DNA from: Octopus vulgaris
Taxonomy: Eukaryota
NCBI GenBank assembly: GCA_951406725.2
Contig: OX597832.1
Span: forward strand, 37,510,001 to 37,574,000
DNA: 64,000 bases
Direction of reading: 5' to 3'
Part shown: in pieces, positions 55,514 to 64,000 of the stretch
How positions within the stretch are numbered: position 1 is the stretch's first letter
How the letters are laid out: each line of letters opens with the position of its first letter
Position numbers and translations under genes: made by a program
Notes under the pieces: generated by a model
The model's database searches: none
What the model was told of the DNA's origin: nothing
Seen by the model: the letters and a program-made list of their open reading frames with translations, nothing else

Positions 55514-55548
<35 letters not shown>

Positions 55549-55559
55549 GTTAAATAAAA

Positions 55560-55930
55560 TGAGAGGACAAACCGAAGGCTGTGTGGAATTTTCAGGACAT
55601 TTATTAAGACATTTATTAACAGCTGTTTCTGGGATATTAGGAATATCCCTTTATCAGAGACGGTGTGAGATGGTTAAATAGAAAGAAATTGTAGAGTTAT
55701 ATATAGGGAGTTATTTTGGAAAAAGATGGAAATAAGAAGTATAAAGGGAAATTAGGGAATGCAAATAAAAATAAAAATATATGTGGGATGTTATAGTTAC
55801 AGTTCCATTATCCAAGGAAACTGTTGTTTAGAAGTGGTAGAAATGCTTCTTGTCCGTGGTATTTCAATTCCGATAGGAGTTCATATTTAGTCATTTATAC
55901 GTAAGTTTATCATAATATTTTTGATGCGAC
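55560..55930 (-). mobile_element. PLE-like 3' end with hammerhead motif (55612-55661)
   Basis: Minus: GUCU-CUGAUAA-A-GGGAUAUU(CCU)AAUAUCCC-A-GAAAC-AGCU-GUU; 8-bp stem II, palindromic AACAGCUGUU. The PLE call is inference from the motif. Confidence 0.55.
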
Positions 55931-56384
55931 TCTACCTTTACTTTTCTCTCTCCCCCTTTCGCTTTCTCTCTTATCCTTTCTCTAATACCGGTTTCTTCTT
56001 CCCTTCACCGCTTTCTTTCTATCTGTCTCGCTCTCTCTCCTTCCTTTGCACACACTCTCTCTCTCTCTCGTTGCTCAAACGTGACCATCGTCCATCCTTC
56101 TTTTCCTCACGTGATGATCTCTCCTTGTCTTCACGGCTGTCGTAGAGACTGCACGTATCCCATCTGTCTCTTTCTTCTATCTTTCCTCTTGTCAAAGAGA
56201 ATATTTCTCCAGCGTTCGCTATTTTACCTTCGTCTGGCCTAACGACTCTGCATGTTTGTTTCCGTTTGGTTTTCTTGTATGTCTTCACTGTCCTGTTTTT
56301 GTTACTAACTTTGACTCTCCGCAAATCCCAAATTTTATCTTGGTTTGCAGGAGCAACTGCCCTTCGAAGACTCATATTGTCGTT

Positions 56385-56810
56385 CAATGCTCGAAATTAG
56401 GAGTAGATGGACAGCCGACAACTGATGAAGGGTCGTTCTTTATGTTACTTGTCCTGTTTTCCATTTGTTTTTCTCGTTGTTTATGTACTCAACACTTTTG
56501 TTTTCGTATTTCTTGCTGTTTACGGTTTATGACGTCCTGTATCCACCTTCGAAACGTAGAGTAGATGAAACCATGGCGACTGAAGAAGAGGTTTTTTCCT
56601 TGTGTTATTTGTCCTGTACTCTATTTTTGTTTGTTGTTTAAGAAGAATGTCCAGTTCCTTGGGTTTGTGTCTATGTCTTCGTTTCTCATTGTGTTCGACG
56701 TTTTTTGGTGTCCTGTACTCATATATGCGTGTATATATACATGTAGAGGTAGGTACGTACATATATGTATATATATATATGCATATGTTTTAATTATTAA
56801 TATATATACA
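56385..56810 (+). repeat. Tandemly repeated module CGAAA...GAGTAGATG...ACTGA(T/A)GAAG with hammerhead boxes
   Basis: Modules at 56390-56432 and 56546-56591, each followed by a related T-rich stretch ending GTCCTGTA. Confidence 0.7.
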
Positions 56811-56812
56811 TA

Positions 56813-56882
<70 letters not shown>

Positions 56883-56934
56883 CATACACACACACACACA
56901 CACACAGATATATATATATATATATATATATATA

Positions 56935-57225
56935 GGGGCACGAGTGGCTGTGAGGTAAATACCATGCTTACCAACCACATGGGTCCGGGTTCAGCCCCAC
57001 TGCGTAGCAACTTTGGCAAGTGTCTTCTATTATAGCCTCGGGCCGACCAAAGCCTTGTGAGTGGATTTGGTAGACGGAAACTTAACAGTTCGGCAAAAGA
57101 AACCAATAGAATAAGTAAGTACTAGACTTACAATGAAGAAGTCCCGGGGTCGATTTGCTCGACTTAACGCGGTGCTTCAGCATGACCACAGTCAAATGAC
57201 TGAAACAAGTAAAAGAGTAAAAGAG
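56935..57225 (+). mobile_element. Family B SINE lacking its central microsatellite segment
   Basis: Head and tail joined at GACGGA-AACT-TAACAGTTCGGC (57079-57082). Confidence 0.88.
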
Positions 57226-57365
57226 TATATATATATATATATATATGGAGAGGGGGAGAGAGAAAGAGAGAGAGATAATAGATAGATAAACAAACAAACA
57301 AACAGATAAATATGTATACTAATATATATATATTGGTACATATATATATTGATAGATGGATACAT

Positions 57366-57403
<38 letters not shown>

Positions 57404-58515
57404 ACACACACACACACACAGACTTTTCTTTTACTTGTTATCTATTTTTCTCCAATTCTTTTTACTTTAAATTCTTTCTTTCATGTTTTTCATTCTTTTA
57501 GTTTTCTTTGTTTTTCGTTCTTCCGATTCGCTTCTCTCTGTATATCCCTTCACCCCCCCCTGCCCACCTCTATTATCTGTCCGTCTATCCGTCTCTCTCT
57601 CTCTCTCTCTCTCTCTCTGTCCATCGTATACTTTCCCACCTTTCCTGTTTAGCATCTCTCCTCCCTCCCTCCCTCCCTCCCTCCCGCCACCATCCATCTC
57701 CTTCATCCTCTTCACGTCTCCTTACCTCTCCCCACTGTTTATTTTCTCACACCACCACCACCTCCCTCACTCACACCTATGACTTCCTACACCTTTCCCC
57801 GAACACCCCCCCTCCCAGGCCATACCCTGTTACATTCTCTGTGGCTTTTCTCGCTGTCCTCTTCTTCCCCTTCTCTCTCTCTCTCTTTCTTCTTTCCCTT
57901 CTCCATTATTTCCTTTCTCAGACGTCCCTCCTCTCCCTTCCTCCCTATATCTTTATACTACCCCTTTCCCTATTCTTCCTCCACACAATCTCCTACAACC
58001 ACACTCTTTAGTCTCCTCCTCCCATCAATCACACCTTGTTCCTCCCTGCTTCTACCCTCCCCTTCCTCCCCTTGCCTCCGCCCATCAACCAACGCTTTTC
58101 TCCACCCACCCCCTCTCTGTCTCTCTCGTTTTTCTTTTTTGGCTTTATCGACCCTTTCTCCTTCTCAACCAATCCCTTATAAATTCCCTCTACCCTCAGC
58201 TGCTAACACGTTAATGTTATTGAGATATCCTACAATTAGCGAAATGACAGCACCGTTCCACCGTTTCCTTAGAATAATATTTTTTTACATATTTGTTTCT
58301 TTAGCCAAACCTTCAATCAAACCGTTCTGGACACTTGTCAGAAACTAACGGTGAGGTGGAGGCAATTTGTAGCAACAACAACGACGTAGAGGGGGTGTGG
58401 CTATTCAAAGTAATAGCCTTTCAGGAGGCTGTGCGAAATACTGAGAGGCGGGGTGGATTAAAATTTGGGAACAGCGTAAGAAAGCTTGGGTAGCATTAAG
58501 ATCAGCGGCCTAGTG

Positions 58516-59101
58516 TTTCTTTACTACCCACAAGGGGTTAAACACAGAGGGGACAAACAGGGACAGACAAACGGATTAAGTCGATTACATCGACCCCAGT
58601 GCGTAACTGGTACTTAATTTATCGACCCCGAAAGGATGAAAGGCAATGTCGACCTCAGCGGAATTTGAATTCAGAACGTAAAGTCAGACAAAATAGCTAT
58701 TTCTTTATAACCCACAAGGGGCTAAACACAGAGGGGACAAACAAGGACAGACAAACGAATTAAGTCGATTACATCGACCACAGTGCGTAACTGGTACTTA
58801 ATTTATCGACCCCGAAAGGATGAAAGGCAAAGTCGACCTCGGCGGAATTTGAACTCAGAACGTAAAGTCAGACAAAATAGCTATTTCTTTACTACCCACA
58901 AGGGGCTAAACACTGAGGGGACAAACAAGGACAGACAAACGAATTAAGTCGATTACATCGATCCCAGTGCGTAACTGGTACTTACTTAATCGACCCCGAA
59001 AGGATGAAAGGCAAAGTCGACCTCGGCGGAATTTGAACTCAGAACATATCGGCAGACGAAATACGGCTACGCATTTCGCCCGGCGTGCTAACGTTTCTGC
59101 C
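58516..59101 (-). mobile_element. Family A SINE, three tandem units with 184-bp period
   Basis: TTTCTTTA..ACCCACAAGGGG starts at 58516, 58700 and 58884; the head is present only in the 5'-most unit (ending at 59101). Confidence 0.95.
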
Positions 59102-59312
59102 CAGCCTAGAAGAGGTTGGTGAGGTTTCTATTGCTTACCTTCTGGTCAGTTTTAATCGAGTATAATTGCAATTAAGGGCCACAATTGCCTCGGCTGCTTT
59201 TTCAGCAGAATTCAATGTCTTTTGGTGTATCTATGGTAGCACAAAAGTAATTCTATCGAAAGCCCGATAAAGAGAACAGAACTTACCATCAATAATTTTT
59301 TATTTTCTTAAA

Positions 59313-59783
59313 TTTTACTTGTTACAGTCATTAGACTGCGGCCATGCTGGGGCACTACCTTGAGGAATTTTAGTCGAATGAATCGACATCGGTATTTATT
59401 TTTTGTTAAGTCTGGTACTTATCAGTTACTTTTGCCGAACCGCTAAGTTACGGGGACATACATACACCAACATCGGTTGTCAAGCAATGATAGAGGACAA
59501 ACACAAACACAAACACACACACACGTATACACATACACACACACGCTCACACAGATACACAAACATACATAAACATACACAAACACACACACAAACACGC
59601 ACAAACACACACACGTACACATGTATACGACAGGTTTCTTTCAGCTTCCAGCTACCAAATCCAATTATAAAGCTTTGGTCGGCCCGGGGCAATAGTAGAA
59701 GACATTTGCCGAAGGTGCCACGCAGAACCCGGCACTATGAAATTGGGAAGCAAGCTTTTTACCACACAGCCACGCCCAGCACC
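59313..59783 (-). mobile_element. Family B SINE, full span with internal (CA)-rich tract
   Basis: Tail 59313-59500, CA tract 59500-59620, head 59625-59783. Confidence 0.88.
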
Positions 59784-60269
59784 TATATGAAAAGAAGGTT
59801 TTTTTTTTTCTTACGAAAACATGGAAAAAATGCCCCCAGACAAGAAATCCGGCTTCAAATCGAATAGAAATTTTTCATTATACGAAAATATGCAAAAATT
59901 CGAATTGGATTTAATTAAACTTGTCAAAAAGTAGAAAAGATTTTATAATCATACTAATTACTTTCAAAATAGGTTAAACGAACATTTATCACTGTGGAAA
60001 AATGTCGTATCTATGTGCAAGACTATAAAACAAACATTTATACAAAGTTTGATAGAGTCAAGTTGCAGAATATTAGTAACAAATAACGTAACTTCAATAT
60101 ATCACAAAACAAGTTCAAACTCATACAATATAATAAGTGAGGTGGTAAAAGTCATTAGCAACGCATTTAATTGCAGTAGACTGATTAGAATTAATCAATC
60201 AATAGCAACCTCATTTAACATCGACATTGCTCACAAGAGTCCGAATAGACAAGAATATTCCTGAAAGTT

Positions 60270-60570
60270 GTTACTCCCTTCCGAGACGGTACACGCTAAA
60301 ATTCACCATAATTTTACTTCCGATGGAATTCCTGAAATCTTTATTCTGACCGTCCTCCTTCCTAAATACGATGGGTAAAGTACATATTTTTCACTCCGAC
60401 AGGGAACCACGAAGTATTTGACAACCAGAGCTTCGGTCTTGAAAAGCACTGAAATGTCCTCAAACTGCTTTTTGAGATGTGTCGGGCAATGTGTCTTTCA
60501 GCGCATCTTCCATATTTGCCCGACTAGCCGTCTCCAGCCGATTTGTGTTTGTAGAAACAGATTTATGAAT
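60270..60570 (-). pseudogene. Degenerate LINE ORF1-like fragment (tentative)
   Basis: Minus frame FEDISVLFKTEALVVKYFVVPCRSEKYVLYPSYLGRRTVRIKISGIPSEV resembles RRM-type ORF1 segments (..V.I.G.P); judged by eye. Confidence 0.3.
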
Positions 60571-60841
60571 TACAGCCTTTTTTGTGTGTGTTTCTGTTAA
60601 CATCTCGGGAGTAGGGCTCTAATTGATCATCATTAGTCCACCAAGAAAGCACTTACAGGTATGACAGACATACTACTTTTTTTAGATTTTAAATTAAGAT
60701 AATATTATAAAATACCAACAGAAAAGAAGGAGTGAAATCATTCCCCGAGGAATGGCCCCAGTACAGCATTCGTTATACTTGTTTCTCCGGTGTTGGCTTC
60801 TTTTGTGCTAATTGCATTCTTAGTATATAGCAAATTGAAAT

Positions 60842-61058
60842 GTAGCGAGGTGACCAAATCGTTAGCACGCCGGGTGTAATGTTCGGTGGCATTTTGTCCG
60901 TCCTTACGTACTGAGTTCAAATTCCACCGAAGTTGACTTTGCTTTTCCATCGTTTTGGTACCGACAAAATAATTACAAGTTGAGCACTTGGACCAATGAA
61001 ATTAACTTAGCTCCTCCTCATCAAACTGCTGGCCTTGTGCCAAAATTTGAAACCAATA
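60842..61058 (+). mobile_element. Family A SINE, diverged, alternative tail
   Basis: AATCGTTAGCACGCCGGG...CTGAGTTCAAATTCCACCGAAG; tail CCTTGTGCCAAAATTTGAAACCA shared with 52469-52491. Confidence 0.8.
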
Positions 61059-62277
61059 TATAACAGATTGACCAAATCGGCGTCAATCGGCCGCTCATTT
61101 TTGTCAGGAAGTACCAGACAAGAAATAACTCCTCATCCGTTTGACAATCCTAACAGACGATAATGTAACTCTGAAAGAATTGGAGAAATTATCCAAAGAT
61201 AACGAAATGAAACTACAGATAACCAGAATATGGCGACAGAAAACAAAAATTATTAAACAACATGCAAACTAATATATATATATATATACCTGAGGACTCA
61301 AAATATGCACAACATATAGAAGAAAATAGCCATACAAAGCATTGCAGCACTGCACACGTGTATCGGAATATATTACAATAGGAAATAGAAAAACCAAACA
61401 AAATTCTTCAGAGAAGAGCTACAAAGAGTTGCGGCAGACAGAACAGTGAAAGAATGCAAGAAAAAAATGACTCTAACAAAAGGAAAAAACAAAAAAAACA
61501 ACACAAAAACCTTTCGTTGCTGCAAGGGCGACAATAAACAAATAAGTATATATATAAATATATATATATATAAGTCAACGAAATATATTTTGCTAATGGG
61601 TTATTTCAAACTGGATTAGTAATTGCCAATCTAAATATCTCTGTTCGAAATATCTCTTTGTCAAAGGAAGATATAATACAGGGAGAAATAAAAAATAAAT
61701 ATGCCAATAAAGGAACATAAAGCAAATATAGATAATAGAAAAAAAAATGACTTGGAACGGCTAGGATCAATGAAATATCTCAAAGATACCGTACTCAAAA
61801 CTCTACACCGACAATATATCCACTGAGATTTCTGTTCCGTCCCATAGGGTGAGGAATTTGGTGAGAGTGACTGACACGCCGCTGGTCGCGCCCAAATTCG
61901 TACATATGGTGTTGGTACGTCTCTAGAGTAGATATTGTCATTCGTAGAGTTTCTCATTCTCTGACAGTCTTGCGTCGGATGTAAGGTGTCTAGAGAGATG
62001 GGGGGTGGGTAGGTGGGTAAGTGTTTTGTTTAATGAAAACTGACAGCAATATTTCAGAGAGAAGGATACGATACAAATACAACAGACGTATACACGCGTG
62101 CACACACACACATACACATACATAAACACGTTTTGCAAATTGAGGGTAACAGAGAAGAGAGAGAGAGAGAGGGGGAGAGAGGGGGAGAGAGGGAGAGAGT
62201 GGGAGAATGAGAGTGAGAGATAACTGGACATAACTTTTGTCCACTATTGCATTAATTTTTCAATCTCTTTCCACAAA

Positions 62278-62375
62278 CCTACCTACCTACCCACCTACCT
62301 AGCTACCTACCTACCTACCTACCTACCTACCTACTTACCTACCTATCTACGTACTTACCTACTTAACTACCTACG
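62278..62375. repeat. (CCTA)n microsatellite
   Basis: Direct reading. Confidence 0.9.
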
Positions 62376-62684
62376 AAACTATATATCTATCTCTTTCTCT
62401 CTCTCTTACTACACACACACACACACACAGAACAGACGATACTGCTGTTTTAACCTCAGGGGGACGCCTCCTCCAGCTGGTTATTCAGTGCACTTTGCAG
62501 TCGATGTATGTTGCAAGCGGGGAGAGAACGCCCTACTACCTTAGCTCGGAGACCAGCATATCACGTGATTTCAATCTTGCTTGATGATCGTCAGTGATGG
62601 ATACTCGTCTACTAGACATAGCGGTACACTACATACATACGAACATACATACATACACACATACATACACACATTCATAGACGT

Positions 62685-62990
62685 AGGCGCCGACGTAGCT
62701 GTGTGGTAAGAAGCTTGCTTCCTAACCACATGATCCCGAGTTCAATCCCACTGCATGGCATCTTGGGCAAGTGTCTTCCACTATAGCTCCGGACCGAACA
62801 AAGCCTTGTGAGCGGATATGGTTGACGGAAACTGAAAGAATCCCATCGTAAATATATGTATGTGTGTGGGGGGTGTTTGTATTTGTATTTGTCACCCGAC
62901 TACCGCTTGACAACTGGAATTGGTGTGTTTACATCCCCGTAACTTAGCGGTTCGGCAAACAGACCGAAAGAATAAGCACCAGGCTTTAAA
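62685..62990 (+). mobile_element. Family B SINE, 3'-truncated
   Basis: GTAGCTGTGTGGTAAGAAGCTTGCTTCC...GAGTTCAATCCCACTGC...CCCCGTAACTTAGCGGTTCGGCAAA. Confidence 0.9.
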
Positions 62991-63001
62991 ACACTTCATG
63001 C

Positions 63002-63209
63002 GTAGTAAAGCTGTAAGGACAACAGAGAAAGATTGGATAGGTTTGACAGTAATACTCATCGGGGAGCCGTTTAGCTTAATGTTTAGAAAACTCAGTTGGT
63101 ATCTGAGGAGAACGGGTTCGAGTCCCGTGTTCGCCCTTAGGCAACATTTTTTCCCGTCTTATAAAGATAAATACTCAACCGTCCTCTGCTGTCCTTACAG
63201 CTTTACTGC
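63002..63209. mobile_element. TIR-bounded 208-bp element enclosing a tRNA-like sequence (63061-63136)
   Basis: TIRs 63002-63027 and 63184-63209 match at 24/26; internal CTCAG-TTGGTAT-CTGAG and ACGGG-TTCGAGT-CCCGT arms. Confidence 0.75.
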
Positions 63210-63239
63210 CTTCGAAATTTACTTCCTTGTCTGTAATAT

Positions 63240-63418
63240 ATGACCTCTAAATCCACAAGTCTTTTCTTTCTCTGTTTATTTTCTCGTATTCCTTTCTGTT
63301 GAAGAGCGTAGGCTCGAAATGTAGAAGACTTCTCACTTGCTCGAGTGTCAAACTAATACACCTGCTTGTTGTTCATACACCTATCTTCGTCTTTTGTTTT
63401 TCTGTAAATTTCAACTAT
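63240..63418 (+). mobile_element. Family P1 hammerhead-bearing repeat
   Basis: 63292-63327: CUUU-CUGUUGA-AGAGC(GUAG)GCUC-GAAAU-GUA-GAAG; downstream similar to 6325-6412. Confidence 0.75.
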
Positions 63419-63498
63419 ATGTATATCTTTATATGTGTATATATATATAGAAGCATTCACGTACCGTGTATTTATGTATGTGCGTATTTATGTATGTG

Positions 63499-63530
<32 letters not shown>

Positions 63531-63724
63531 TGTATGTATAGATGGATGGATGGATGTATGCATGTATTTATTATGTATATATGTTTATATGTGTGTACGT
63601 ATGTATTCATGCATACATACATACACACACGCGTGTATAAGAGAGAAAAAGAGTGAGTTAGATGGGAAGATGGATGTATATATAAATGCATATATACAAA
63701 AACATCTATCTGTCTGTCTGTCCG

Positions 63725-63739
<15 letters not shown>

Positions 63740-63756
<17 letters not shown>

Positions 63757-63960
63757 TACATACACATATATACATATATGCGCATATATATATGTATATA
63801 TATACATATATACATACATATATATATGCGTATATACATATATATATACGTATATATATATATATATATATGTATGTATATACATATATACATATATATA
63901 CGCATATATATGTATATATATACATATATATGCGTATATATATATATACAGATACATGCA

Positions 63961-64000
<40 letters not shown>
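63740..64000. repeat. TA-rich compound microsatellite
   Basis: Direct reading. Confidence 0.95.

Noticed and set aside
58516-59101. Regular 184-bp repeats as a CRISPR array or satellite
   Set aside because: No unique spacers, units are SINE bodies found dispersed elsewhere, and the context is eukaryotic

Overview
AT-rich, microsatellite-saturated eukaryotic non-coding DNA (intron or intergenic). The SINE repertoire and repeat style suggest an octopus or other coleoid cephalopod; this is inference. I cannot support any intact host protein-coding gene. Most ORFs in the track are translated microsatellites and the rest are transposon relics. The window holds at least four tRNA-derived SINE families (about 35 copies or fragments, several tandem or nested), five mariner relics and one maT (DD37D) relic, a MITE, fragments of an R4/Dong-like restriction-endonuclease LINE, and Penelope-like (PLE) remnants. 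The most striking hidden signal is about 20 hammerhead-ribozyme (HHR) motifs: CUGANGA...GAAA with a palindromic minimal stem III and an NUH site. They sit in short, mostly (TA)n-embedded repeats of several families and include inverted pairs, long-loop-II forms and one hammerhead nested inside the loop II of another. Most copies have core substitutions, and activity is untested. All alignments and folds were done by eye, so boundaries are approximate.
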